Assembly: GCA_002633005.1 (NCBI GenBank)
Contig: NMRA01000051.1
Span: forward strand, 130,911-194,910
Source: Phoronis australis
Lineage: Eukaryota; Animalia; Phoronida
Direction: 5' to 3'
Length of the DNA stretch: 64,000 nt
The translations under genes were made by a program, and so were the position numbers. The notes beneath the pieces were generated by a model that ran no database searches, was not told where the DNA came from, and was given only the letters and a program-made list of their open reading frames with translations. Below are positions 37,326 to 52,300 of this stretch, piece after piece; positions within the stretch are counted from its first letter, which is position 1; the number at the start of each line of letters is the position of its first letter.

Positions 37326-40300
37326 GAACACATAGTAATATTAAACATTGCATTAAACATGTGCATTCTGTTGTCAATAAGTTTTAATTGGGCCACTTAT
37401 GTTATCAATTTGGCCTTGTTTTGTTCCTTGCTAAGTTTAGATGGGACCTCCTGGCGTGGGAAGAACTGACAATTCATTAAGTTTTGACACCAAGCTCTGA
37501 TGAAATAACGAACTGCCACCTCTTTTTAAGTCCAGAAATCACACCTACATTGACTAAGAAACAATTTGACACTGATTTCGTAAAGGTTAATAGCCTAAAG
37601 CAAAACTTATTTGACAGAAAGCACAGCTTTAATGTCATTTTAAGTAAATTAATTACAAAAGCAGTAAATAAGCAATTTCATACAATGCTGAAGGCTTCAA
37701 ATGAAAGGTTTTAAATAGAGTTCTAAATTATGGAATTGGCGAGGCTGAAGAGAAGGTGCATTGATCCTACTTTCGTGTTCTTGCTAAGAGAAGACAGTAA
37801 GCTATTTACAAATCTGGGTTTGATGGTGAAACGAGAACTACAAATTAATGGCAGCGCTTAACCCTGGACCTGATCGCATAAAAGTTACTAACTGGATATC
37901 CACAACGACATCATATTTCCATTGTGAAACAATTATTTAGAGGTCTTGCAAAAATCAAAATTATACAGTGGAAAAAAATTATGCAACCCAGTCCTGACAG
38001 GCAGGTCACAGAAATCACATAAAATAGGTGTTGCACGACATCATTTTGGTAGCAGGACAACTGCAAGTGCAGAGGAGCAGAGAGTGAGTAAAAACCCAAC
38101 TGTCAGTCAAGCTAATACAGACATTCAACCAGTAACAACAGATTCATGAGACTATGAAAATGTGCACAATTTGCACAACGATCTGGATACAACTGAAAAT
38201 GCACTTAGTCTAATAACTTGAAACGAGACTATGACAAAAAAAACAACAGATTGATGCAGATGGAATGTCAGTGTTCCACAAATGTTTTGGAGCAGGCAAT
38301 TGAACCACGAGAACCTATTTTGCAAAGTACTGCTAGTCTGAGGTCAATCTCACCTGCTTTCTACAATAACATGGGTAACCTCTTTGCTTAATGTAGTGTC
38401 AACAGTAGCTCCATGTAGCTGCAGGTCTAAGACAGACAGGTCAAGGCCAGAGGTCACAAGATGAGTGGAAGGGTCACCAATGATGGCGTTGTTGTCAACA
38501 TATGCTCTGCAAGAGTAGAAACAATGCATATTATGAGAGAGCATGTGTAAAGGGAGACTGATTGAATATATGGTACACAAGTCTGAAATCTGAACAAGAA
38601 ATGAACTGCATAGGTTGCCTGAATAGTTGTACAGTGCTAACAAAACAAAATGTGATAACTACAGTAAATTTATGTCAATTTAAAACTGACACATAATTAG
38701 GGATATTTTAGGAGAGCTTCACGTCAATGGTGCATAAAATATTTCATCTAATTTCAGGCTAACTGGACCATCAAACTCTGGTTGGGAATCACCGGCGCCT
38801 TATTTTATCTCGCTACTATAATGATACACGATGCATTTAGATTGACTTCCCAAATCATAATATAAGAGTGTTAAACTTCAACTCCAATCGTTATTACCAG
38901 TCCTTTTTGCTTTTAACAAAATTAACTGTCATGTCAAGGAAAAGATATATTGTCTGATACTTTCCTCTTGTACTGTAAATAATTTTACAGGGTTGACAAA
39001 CTTTGTTGACAAACTGATGGCTTTTTGTCACTTTTGTCTTGCTGCTACCCAGAGTGTTCATATTGTTTTGCATAGCTCATTTGTGAATATGTCACACATA
39101 AAATGTTCAATGTGACAAGTCATGAGTTTAATATAATCTACTGTGCTGTAGTGGGGCGTAGGCGCACGTACATGCAGCCAACCACCTTTTGGCATTTGAA
39201 CGTAGAGCCTATGCACCGTAAGTTGCGTTCAGTGCTCAAGATGATACGATGGGCTTTGGGCGCCTACATACCTCTAATTTTACCACTACACCACTGATAA
39301 CCTAATGAGTAGGTAGTTTAATTATGTGCAAGGCAGGTCCTCCTAATGTGAATGTTCACATGAAGTTACTGTAGTTCTCAGTATATTCTGCACATGTCCT
39401 TGTACTTCCAAAATAAAAAAAAAAAAAACAGTGACAAAGTAACAGAGAACTCAACAGTTTGTAGCAGTATAAAGGCCACCAATCTTTCACCTGACAGGTT
39501 TGAAGAGACAGGCCAGGTTACCCTCAGTGTACATTTCAGCCTCCACTTCCATCCTGTCTTCTATGTGTGGGCAGGCCAAGTCATCAACACCCTGTGCTAG
39601 CATACGCTGCATCACCTCCTTCACAGCTGACGGGGAAGTGCTGTCGTAGAAACTGTCGCCATAGCGATCATGGACTAAGGCCAGCTGTGCCTCAGTGTGT
39701 GGACAGGCGTGAATCATATCAGTGGGCAGCCTGGTGGCAAATACATGAAACAAATCAGGCTTGAAAACATGAACCACAGGCTTTTATTCATTCATTTAAA
39801 TGACTTTGAATCACACAAGTTTAAATTTGATTAGAGAGAATAAACTTGAAAACAGATAAACTGGTTCAATTGCTTTACAAGCTTTAACATGTAGTGGTTG
39901 TAATAGGTGATCTGGTCAACAAGACAACATAACCCACAAATGTGGGTTCAGGGTAGACACAGTCATTCAAAAGCTACTCAAAAGCAAATTATTATTCAGA
40001 GAGGCAACACTCTCTATGTCTTTGCATGTACCAGAGAGTGCAGTGATAAAGTAAAGCAAGTCAATAGGTGTCCCACCAATACAACTAAGCTAAATGTTTT
40101 TCAAGAAGAGTGAAAAAAGCAAAGGGCCAAATTTCTGTCTGATGTCTTCAATCGCTTTCATAAAACAGACCCAAGATAGGCAATAGCAGCGAAGTCTACA
40201 TGTTTACAAAACTCATGGAATCTCACAAAATTACTGACTTTCACCACTGTCAGCATGTTTAGACCCATTTTAATGTTATCTATCTCAAACACTATAACGC

Positions 40301-43300
40301 AAATCTAACAGTGGATTTATTCTTAAATTACATTTCTTTCTTAATCACACAACAGTTTCTACTATAATCTCATCAAAGAAACAGATTTAGATCACTTACT
40401 AGCTACAAAGCATGTCTCAGTTTGTTCCATACTCAGATGAGAATTGTTTTCTGGGTTACGAAGTTTCTGACCATTTGCTATTGCCCGAAATCCTCCTTGT
40501 CACATAAAATAACCTCTGTGACAAACCAAAATTATACCGAATCTGGGGTGTGATTCATGAAAGTGACTTAAATGTAAGGCTGAAATTTTTCTTATGCTCA
40601 CACTTCACAATTGCTAAAAAAGGATAACCAAGAAGTCCTGAGCACAGGGAAGTCTAGAAATAATTTAGAAAAATTACCGTTAGTAACTAGCAGTTGTGTG
40701 TGTATATTCCCACAGACTTTTCTCTTTTTTCAGAAATAACTACGCAGAGTGTAAGACAAAATTTTTGATTTTAACGTGTAATCATGTTTCATGAAACAGA
40801 CACAGTAACTAATTCCCAAATCTTCAATATGAACAAGCAGCTAGATGTGACCGGTTTAAATTTTATACCTTAATGTGGTCCAACTTTCAAAATTTGTTGA
40901 CAAAAGGCATACAAATGGAGCTTCAATTCTGTGCAATTAAACACAAACACTGTTCAAAAAGTAACCAACTTAGAAAGCAGTATCAAAATGTTTCAACAAA
41001 TGACACTGCACAAAGTGTTGTCTGTTTCTATGATGTGCCTAGAGCCTTAATTACAGAATAATTAAATGTTGATTTGATCAAAAGGTTTCAACAAATGAAA
41101 TGAGCCATGTATATTGTTACCAGGGAAGGAGCCTTTTTTCCTTGACGCACCGTAGCAGCCAGTCGATTCTCACCACATCATACTTGTTGGATGTGATGAG
41201 ATTTTTTACTTTTGTAACAACTTTCTCAGCCAAAACACAGAATGTTCCTGCATCAGGATGCTGGGCAATACGACCACCGCATTCCAAGATTAACTTTTCC
41301 AGTTCAGCTTTGGAGTGGGATTCTATGCCTTGCATGACACATATTTCTTTGCCACACAAGATTTCAGAAACCTGTAAAATCAATGAAACATATTACACTG
41401 CTACTCATTGGCACAAATATCAAGAACTGCATTTGTTACTCTCACAACCTCAACATATGAGCTGTGCCCACGTTTTCAAAAATTATTGGTTGGTCATTCC
41501 TGTACAAGTACCCTACCAAATGAATTGTGAACCACACTGTACATAACACAGTCACTTCATGTTGCCACTCTTAGGTAACTTTTCGTCAGTACCTTGTTTA
41601 CTTGTGAAATGTCGACCCCTCGGTACTTGCTAGCAACACTTGGCTTCACTGATTGGCTGGTCACCTTTCTTCGTTTTTTAACAGGAACATCTTCTTCATC
41701 ACCAGCTTCTGCATACTTGGCCGTCAATTTTCCTTTCTGTAAGTTCAGATTTCAACTAATGAGAAACATAATAATACAACAAAATTTGATGACGGATATC
41801 ATCATTCATCAACCTGAACTAGTTGATGCTAAACTATAATTCAAAACGTCTAAAAAACCTAGATTGTCTGGCTCTTGCTTTTTCGCATCAGCAACCCCCC
41901 AGAAATCGCTTTCATATTGCATCCAGGTTCAGGGTCCAGCAATAGTGACAGAAACCCGACAGTCACAGTTCCCCAGTCGAGTAATTCAAATGGCTCCACA
42001 ATGTCGGGGAACAAATAGCAAGTGAATTTTTCCACAAATTTTGAATTAACTTTTTGCAACATATACAATGAGATGTTTTGCTCTTGCCCCCGCTACAGTG
42101 TTCTCTAATCACATTATTACAAACTGAGAGTTTCTCACAATATTCAGTGGAAATAATATGGAGTGTGGGCCCTCATGGTAACTAATTCTGAGCACTGATA
42201 AGGCTACCTTTAAACAACTTGTTGAATTGATTATGGTCATCAGGAGTTCTAATGTGACATATGCCACAAATTTCATCCCACTTTTAGAATCATTTCCTTA
42301 AAGTTGTGTTTTGTCTAATTGAAAGGAAGACCCTTTGAAAGCATTTCAAGCCTCTAACAAGGATATAATTACCTTATATGACAGTGTAGACTCTGAATGG
42401 CAACAGACACTGCGGACCAAGGCAGAGCTTTATCAAGTCAGTGTGTAATCTACAATATAAATACCTTACTCAGTTCCTGAATGTCCACTGTTGTCATGCA
42501 CTCATGCCACGCCTTGTCGCCACGGATACATTCCACTCTTGGGAACCTTGTAGTGCAACCTGTCTTAAAGCTGCTACTAGGAACAATTTCAGTTGCCTTG
42601 ATCTGGAACAAAAATTTAACAGTAAATTGTACCAATAAATAAAACAAGATGTTTAACTTTTGACATGTTTTGATGTACCCACATACATCATTCTCATGAA
42701 AGCAATAGCCATCCAATGAACATCAGACCCAAACAGTGTACACATAAAAGAGCTAGAGGGATACCTGCACAACAAAAACTTCAATGACAAAATTCACAAG
42801 ACCAGTGATAACCTGCTGTGAGCCAACTGTTCATTAAGATCAGGCTTAAGCCGACTGATGTGTGCTTTTAAGCTTCTTTGTTGTTTCAGCCTTACCAACG
42901 GTTATACTGGTCAGGAGCATTATTCAATTTATATTCAGCATTGCAATGGCTGCATAAAGTAATTATTAATCTGAGAATTGTTGTCAGCACCAAAATTTTC
43001 TTTGGCACAGGTCTTAAAGTGGCGATTAGTTTCAAAAAAAAAAAAACAAAAAAACAGCAGGAGCCACCAACAAGCACACAAAAAAATTAAAGATCTTGTT
43101 TTATTTATAAACACTGTGACACACTTTTTTTACTGAGGCCATGAAGCTGTTAAATATACATATCAAATAAACATGCTTCCCAGTCACCCACATGACTCCA
43201 CAGCTTTAGACGATTTGGTATCTGAAATTTAGAACTTTTTACCACAATCATTTTCAAGGTTGCTATGGAATCAATTATTGCTAAGGCAACGTTCTCAAAA

Positions 43301-46300
43301 AGTATAGGGGCAGCAGCACACTCTAACTCTTGGCTGTTTGTTCAGCCCACAACCTGCAGCATATTTCTTAAACTATCATGTAGACAAGTTAGCTATTAAT
43401 TTAAAAATCTAGCCATAGCCTGTGTGTACTACAACTAAGTATATTATTTTCCTGAAGCATGATCCAGGCTAAATGATTCGTTGAAAAGCAAACCTTAAGA
43501 CAATCAACTTGGTCAGTTACATTATGAAAACTTGAAGTGTTCTCCACCCGTCATCAGGTTGTGGGCTGAACAAACAGCCTTAGTTTTTTTAGACAGTTTT
43601 AGCTCAATATTTATTTTTCCAAGGTCTATCATCCAATATTTAGCTTTTGACAGACGCAGCTGGTTTAATAAAAATTTGTGTTTGAACTGACGGCACAAGA
43701 CTAAAATTTGTTGCCTACTCGACACGCTGCAAAAAGAAATGTCTAATCTGTTGAAAAACGTAAAAGAAGGAAAGTTCAATAGTTGAACAGCTTATGATAG
43801 ACACTGTTAGTAACCTTGACAAAAAGATAATGCAAGGTGATCACACACCACCAGATTCAAGTGTTTTGACAAAAAATATTACAGTGGAGTGTACAATGCA
43901 GTACCTGTAATATATATGATTTTGATGGTTCAATCCAGACGTCAGGAGCTTCCTTAAAACCCTGAGGAAACAGTACTGATGGGGGCGGCCGTCTCTTGTC
44001 AAACGTTTGCCAGTGTTTCACTAACTTCCGGTTCAAGTCCAGCAACTCTTCTTTGCTATAGCCAGATCCAACCTACAAAGGGAGAGGATTATAATTGCAT
44101 TTCAGTTCGCGTTTCTACAGCAGAAGAACTATGCTACATAAATAAAGATTTAGCTAAAAATACCCCATATTTTGATAAGTTCCTCTTTTATAGTACGTTA
44201 GTCATGCCACAGTTAACAACAATATTGTTTTACAGTCATCATAGTCATTCAATACAGATATCATGGCACAGCAAGACATTTTGGTACATATGCACTGATT
44301 CTCTAAAAAGGATCAAGAGGATTTATTTATCTGCAATGTACCCATAATGGTCACTGAGTATTTAGCAATTGAATCAACTTTCAAAACAAGCCTGAAAAGT
44401 AAACAACTACCAGGTAACAACCCATATAGTTACTGATAGGCATACAGAGATGTTCTCCACAAAATGCTCAGATGTGAGATTTCATCCACTATGCGTAGAC
44501 ATGACTGACGTCAAGCACAACAGGAGTTGAAAATTCTTCATTTTTGTCTTGCAAGTTTTTTACACCAAGTTAAATGCTTAAAATGGGGATAAATACTAGA
44601 TTACGACATGCCCTCTACTGTTATTTCCCAAATCTAGACCCCTCAAGGGAGTTGGAGGAATTATCTACCTATGGACTAGCGTCCCTCAGGTGATCACTTT
44701 TCCAAATTCCATTCGGCGTCAAGATACAAGAAATAACAGCCTCGTTGCCTGTCCATAACAATATGCCCATGATCTGTCCTAATTTATCAGAATTCATGTG
44801 CGTATTTGTAGACGCAATTATTACACTTCTGCAAAACTTAGTTGACCAGCCTCAGAATTCAATGCTGTGAGACTTCAACAGTTTTAAATCCCAACACTTG
44901 CCAACACAGAAAAACACATGAATGACATGCTTTGGAATAGTCAGACATGACTTCAAGTTAAGGAATACAGACGTTGATCAACAAAATGACTCTCACTCTA
45001 CAGAACGTGTGAAACTCTGTCGGGTGTTTTCCATCAGCCTGCGGAACAGCCACAGCACACAGGAAGTGCGAGACCAGCATGCCTCGGTGACCCGATCCCC
45101 AGTTGCCTCCGACGATCACCACGTCCAGCTCGTCCATCAGCCCGCCAACATATTCCGGCTTGATTTTGAACCAACCGCCCTTGCGCACATTCGGCTTATA
45201 GATGGATTCCGGATTCTTCACCATGATTCCCTCTTCCCGGAGGTCAATAGCCTCGTTGAGGGCATCAATGCAGTCTTGCCTAGAGAAATCATGAATGTGA
45301 CTAGTTAGATTTAACAGAACTGGTCACACTATGAACCATGTAAAGTCAGTTGTTGACTTACGTTGAATTAATTATGAATAAAAATTTGACTCCTGATTCA
45401 TATTTTTTCAGGCAAAAGATAATCAAAACATCCTAATCACCTACATATATAAATGATACAAATGGTTAAAATAAAATAGCAAAACAATAAAATTGTAAGC
45501 AAATGCCACTTGGAACAAAATATGATATTATAAAACTATTAAACACAGAAACACACATGCTGTTGCCTTGTGTTGGTTTATCTATGATGACACGACCTTC
45601 GACCTCTGTGATGACAGTTTCGACAAGCTTCAAGCGCTCCTTCAGAGGCTGGTTTGACAAGACCTTCCCGTTGAGGTAGAGAATATCAAATATACACAGT
45701 AGAGGCTGCATTCCCTTGAGGTTACTTGACTTCACGTCGATATCCGCACCTTTGGAGCCTGAAAACGTCCACTAATTAAATGACCATTTTGGTGCTGTTA
45801 AGTCGATAAGGTCCAATTCTTAACCCATTAAAGTACTCTGAGGTTTAAAAACATTGCTACGCCTATCTAATGTTGAATTGTTGCTAAATGAGCTAGCAAT
45901 TTCACCAATTTTGCAGTCCTAAGGTTGGACAACCCCAATAAACTCTGATTTCAACGGTTTGCATTCATGGAAATCAAGAGTATTCTCAGACCTATTGTAT
46001 GAACTTCAGTGGTTTAATTTTTTATTTTTTGACTGCTAAATACTGATTAAGACATGTGTTTTTAAAAGCGACCCCGATAATCAAAGAAAAGAAATTTTCT
46101 GGGAAGACGAGGCAGCATACATGAAAAGAATCCTATGTGGATACCCTAACCAGTCGAGATTGTGCAGCTCGACCACTTTATGCACCTCAGAATTCGCCGG
46201 TTCAGATAAAAAACACCTATACATAATGAGACCCATCATAAACACATTGGGGGCCACAGTAGTATTTTTAAATTTTCGTTTTGAAAGTTCAAATTTTTTG

Positions 46301-49300
46301 AGTTCAAATTAACATTATATCAACAATAGTTGTAAAACTGTGATGAATATGCAGCACAAAAGAAATAAAAATACAAACCTCTTATTTTCAGCTCTGGATC
46401 ATAAAAGCACATTTCTCCATCCAGTATACAAGATTTCACAGAAGGTTTGAAGCAGTGATGTATGTAAGGTGTTATGGTGCCATCGTATGGGCTTCTCCCA
46501 AAAGTATCAGAATACTCTAATGTCCTAAGAAATAAACCAGTTTTCAATGAATCTTTGTTTTGCTAAAACCAGTTTACGACACAGTTAAGCTGTTGTCAAG
46601 TAACCTTTCAATTTAATAAATTGATTGTCTTATTCACTTCACAATTAAACCACAAATTATTTTTGTCATCCACTCTACTTTTGTGTGAACTCAAGATAAG
46701 TGTCAATCATTTTGCGTTTCTAGACCAAATTCGCACTTAATGACTCCTAGGTTTGAGCTAAAAACTCTAGATTTTGAATAAAAACTTGAGATGTCAAGTT
46801 CAGACACGAAGTTTCAGCCTCAATGATGTGGTCATGAGGTGTAAACTAGGATTAGACACTTATCCACGTACTAAGCTATTATGAACTCCAGCACAGAATA
46901 ATAGACACTCAGCTTGAGTTCACACAAAAGTGAGAATAGAAAACGGCAAAAATAATTTTGAGTTCTGTCTCAAGTGAAAAAATTAAACCCCAGGCCCAGA
47001 AGATAAAAAACAATTACAAAACAACACACTGATAGACAAAGGCAGACACAAACTAAAGGACGACAAATAAGACTGACGTATAACAGGGGTAAAGTCCCTT
47101 CATTGTAGGACTGAATATGGTCAACAAATGAAATCTCTTTGAATTATTTGGTCCATGAAACATGTGTACTACCAAATGAAATGATTTTTCATGTTCAAGT
47201 TTCTTACCACAGGAACCATCAAACAATTTTTTTAAAAGTTGTGGGCATTCAAAGCAATGTTAGAAGTCCTTGATAAATAATAGGGGGAAATTTTGGCAAT
47301 TATTTCATACTGTACGTAAAAAACCAGTCACTATGACACAGTATTAGAGGCCGGTACAAGGAAAATACACAATCATAAGTGCATCTTTCTCCACTATGAA
47401 CAATTTATGTTACCCTCTTGAGAAGTATTTATAGTTTTCGCCATCTTTGTGTAGCTGCATCCTCTCCCCATCAAATTTGGTCTCAATGAAGAAAGGTTTA
47501 TTGTCCATCAGTCTCTCAATCTGCAATAGATATTGACACAAAGTAACTGCTTTTCTTATTGGAAACATCAGATTTTTTTCAAATATTTCAACTACTGATT
47601 GTCACATATTTTTGAAAATTCTTTATGGTCACAGTATCATTTCGTGCACACGAAAATATTGACTAGTAGTCTGTATTCTTATGACAATATTTTGTCTGAA
47701 ACATAATGACCTTTCACTGGAGTGGCCATATCTTCCAGATGCAAAATTTATGAACGGAACAAGTAATTAATCCTGTTAAATAATTCTATTACTTGTAAAA
47801 CTGCAGAGTGTGAAGAAATTAATACCGAAATGTTGAGTTTGCAGTAGCTGTAGAAACACAACATATGGCCACTCTGTGGTATTAGTCAAATTTTGAAAGT
47901 GGCACCAAGCAAGCACTGGCACAGCTCACTTTAGGGCCACTCATACCAACAGTGACCAGTCAACAACTTGGCGAGTGTCCGTTGGTATGAATGACTAACC
48001 TTAATCTTGGATCGAAGTAATGAACTTTGAACTTAAAAGTGAACTTAAAAGTGAACTTAAAAGTTAACTTTGTAGCAAACAGATGAATTTAACAGTGTCT
48101 TGATGTGGCACGAACGGCTAACTTCAGTGTCATCAGAATTATTGACAGGTGTAGCTGTCAATAACAGTACATATTAAGGCACTATTTGAGTCGATTTTTT
48201 AAATTAATCACCATTCTATCACTATCAGCACTATATTTTATTCATTATTTGGGCATATGTACCGTAATTTATATTAAAAAAACCTTGCTTGCATAACATT
48301 TTTGTGGTGCCATCTAACAAAAGCATCAGTTCTGTGACTCAAGCATCAAACTTCGATGCCCGAGACCAGTCTAAAATGGTGGACTAACAGTTTATATCAA
48401 CTCTCATCCATTACAGGAGTTAAACTGGTTGGAGAGGGAGTTCTGATTTCTCTGTGATAAACCCAGTGAGCTAGTCTTCATGGAGAGCAATCTCAGGACT
48501 GTGGTGCTATAACACACAGAGCAGACAATAACACAGCATGAACACGCCAGGAGGCAGACAAGCTGAGAAGGAGGTCTAGACCCAATTGCTTGGCAGTCAT
48601 ATTTTTGCTATGATCATAGATCTGGGAATGATTTATAGTGGTCCTAAAGGTTCAACTTTCCAGGGAAGTAAAGTTTACACGGACCATCAGTGAAAATGAA
48701 TAATAAAACATTGTCATTACACTTCTACATGGCCTTGCCATGTGCACAAGCGAACCCACAATACAAGCCGGATCATCACCCTCATCCAGCGCTGTAAACA
48801 CACAATGCCGCATTGCAATACAAATTTTGTTACCTTGTTCGGAGACGCTCTTTCTCCCAACATAGGCTTGAATGGCACAAACATTTCTATGGCGATCTCA
48901 TGACCCCTAACACTAGGGTCGCTCAGCACTTTGCAAACCTTGAAGGGCATAAAAAATAAGAGTTTCAGTTGTGTTATTTAGACAAACAACAGGAATTTCT
49001 GAGAAAATATTAAGTATTCACAGTGTTTTCAAGTGAATTTGTCTCATGTTTTGGTATAAAAGAAACAAAAAGTTAGAAATTCATCAGACAGAATGTAAAC
49101 TAAAGCTTACAAGCAAACCACAAAAGTCCAAAGATGCGGGACTTTAACCAGTCAACAGAACTGTAACCTTTCAATTGACCATTAACCCTTCAACTGACCT
49201 TTTCCAAATTAGCACATGTGTTGTAGTATTCCTCTGCATCTGGGTGGAAGACAGAGAACACGTTGGCCTGACTCAGTCCACATTTCATCTCCTTCATAAT

Positions 49301-52300
49301 CATCCTAATGAGCCATTTCTGCTCAATGGCCGAGCAGCCGCGCAATAGTTTGAGAAGGTTCTTGCGTACCACCTCCTTGTTCTTGGTGGCATTGTTCATG
49401 GCAATCTCGTCCAAATGACCATTGACATCGCAGATGGTGAGTGTACCCTGCGCTGGACACCGATTCTTCAGTACGAAGTAGGCCACATGGGCAAAGTCGC
49501 CGACGTTCTGTAGGAAATGACAATCACTAGTAAGAAGAATAAAAACGATAAAAAGTGGTCTCAGAAATCTTTTACTGTATAAATTTGCACTTCATAGCAT
49601 TCAAATTGTTATTCAATGAAACACAAAGTGAATTATTTGATTTTTTCTTTAAAATTCCAATAAGAGTGGATTAGTTGCAATATGACATTTTGAAACATCA
49701 CTTTCAGCATTTCTGGAATGTCACCACGTCAATACTCTATAAACGCGATGTATACCTAGCAAACACAATGAGCAAATCCATCTCTATAAACGTGATGTAT
49801 ACCTAGCAAACACAATGAGCAAATCCATCTCTTCACCAACAGTTGCTACTTACCCCACCTCCACTAGCGGTTTTTGGTGCTTTGTAGTTGAGTAACTTCT
49901 TCCCGTCAGGACTGTCTTTTCCAATGCAGAGAATATCAATGTACATCCTGGCAAGAGTATTCTGGAAAAAATGCACTCGCAAGTTCACAGAAAGAATCAG
50001 AACACTTGTCAAGTAAGTTGTGTCAAGCTTAAACTTTGATTGTTTGAGCTTTCAAGGATTAAAGTTACATGAGGATGACAGTAAGACGTAGATAACCGCA
50101 AAGCAGAATTTGATTTGAAGCCATGGAAATGTGGGGTAAATTACTCAGAGACAATTCTGTCTAGAAATTGGACAGGCAGTGTATATACTTGTTAACAGCC
50201 ACATTGCTTTGGCGCATGAATGCAGTAACATAAGCCGACCCATTATCATGGAGTTTAGACCTAATCACATTGAGATAGACAACGGAACAATTTGATAACA
50301 TAAAGAGCTTCAATTCAACGATAAGAATTGATCTATGTGGCTGTTACATTTAAAAAAATTGTTACAGGATTCTTTAACACAAGAGATTACCACATATTAA
50401 AGAGTAGTTTGTCTCACATTCATTTTATCAACTAAACCAATGGGAAAGTTATGCACCCATGATTTATCTCATTCAAATTCTATTTCTAGATTTTGATACA
50501 GCCTTCAAGATCTCCGGTGTATTTATCTCCAAGTACCTCTTTTATTCCATAGGCCGTTCTCTGTTTATCCTGGTTTGGCAACAGAAGTCGCATTGCTGGA
50601 TAGAATGAGTTTCCCTGAAATTTATACACAGCTGTATGTAATATCAAATAACAACATGATTGCAAATAGATACTGAAGCATACTTGTACATTTAGGTCAT
50701 AATGAAATGAATCAATAAATAAATCTTTTTAACATAATTTTCATATTTGCATACATATACATATCTATGCTCAGATATTTCAGTGAACGTCATATCCCCT
50801 ACCAGTGTAAAAATTGCCACTGGCTGATTTGGGCAACTGAACGAAAGACTGCTCAGAAAAAGGTTGGATCATCGGAGTATTTGTTTGAGTTGGAAGGAAT
50901 TAGACATCAACGGCATCCAAAGACGTCCCTCTATGCCCAACAGGTAGCAATGGGACTTTGATGGTTTAAAGTCCTAATCTCAAAGGGTAAACTTGAAAAT
51001 ATAAACCAAATTAAGTAATTGTAACAGGGCATAATGTTTAACTCCTATCTGTTATCAAACTAATTTTGTACCTCGGCTGAGATCAGAAAATCATTCGACT
51101 ATTCCCATTGATTTCCATGACCCGAGTTAAAGAATGAGTCCTGAATGTGAGTCTGTATTAAGCTGTAAAACAAAAAGGCCAGCCGTGTTTTCAACGAAAT
51201 TGTTCCTTAATGAATCTCACTTCCGACTTAGCACCAAATCTAATTGCAGAGAATCATTCATCTCCAGTTAGTGACAATTGTGGTTTTTATAAATTTTTCA
51301 CCTATGAAGGATTAAATTGTAGGTACTGATGACTTCATTACAACATAATTTAACAATCTAATAAGGGTTAAAATGTGACCTACTAGGTCTTTAATCAGTG
51401 TGAGGCATAATTCCCTGAAAAGCTTCCAGCGCATGAAGGTCCAATAAGATGGTCACCATCTCTCCTGCTTAGTATAGATGGTGGTTCTAGTGTGCGTGAA
51501 CTTGGAATCCAGCTTAATCTCAAGACTGCATATGCGTGAACGTGGAATACATGAAGAAACTTGCCAAGTTTACTCAATAATCACGTTTATGTTGATAATA
51601 ATTTGCAATGCACTAATTCAGATTCTGTGTTAATAAAAAACAAATTTTAACAATTACCTTTTTTCAATTGGCGATCATATTCACCAAATAATAATTGATT
51701 TACCAATTCCGTGACAAAACTCACAATTACTTACGGTGAAGGAGAAAATTGGTGATCGTGAGGCTAATGGTTACAAAAATTCTTTACATCACATAAAAAA
51801 GTTATGGAGAATAAGTTGATCATTTGTCTCTAGAGGCATTGGAATAGGAAATAATCACTTACTTTGAGACGATTCAGGTTAGATGTAGACGTTTCGGCCT
51901 GGTCTGCCAGGCCTCTTTGATTAGTGAGGGGTTTCCCGCCTTTCGCTCAAAATTCAACACTCTTCGATCTTTACTAATCAGACCCAAAGACCTAACCCCA
52001 ATGGAAAAACAACGTTGGGTCATTTACCAGCTGAAGAGTGACCAGGATCCCAACCACACGTACATTGGAGAAACCAAAAGACCATCTCTAACCAGATTTA
52101 AAGAACACCAGACATTAAACAGACTCACAGCTGTGGGGGAACATATTGACAACTGAACATTCCATCACCCTTGAATCATCTAAGATCTTAGCCAAAGAAC
52201 AGAATTTGCATGCTCACAAGTTAAAAGAATCCATAAATATCAGTACGCAGCGCTCTCTCTTGAACAGGGACCGCGGTCTACACTTACCTCCTTTGTATTC

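Noticed and set aside
49733-49831. 47-bp tandem duplication near a LIG4 donor site
   Set aside because: Intronic local duplication that leaves the splice site intact; no evidence of function.
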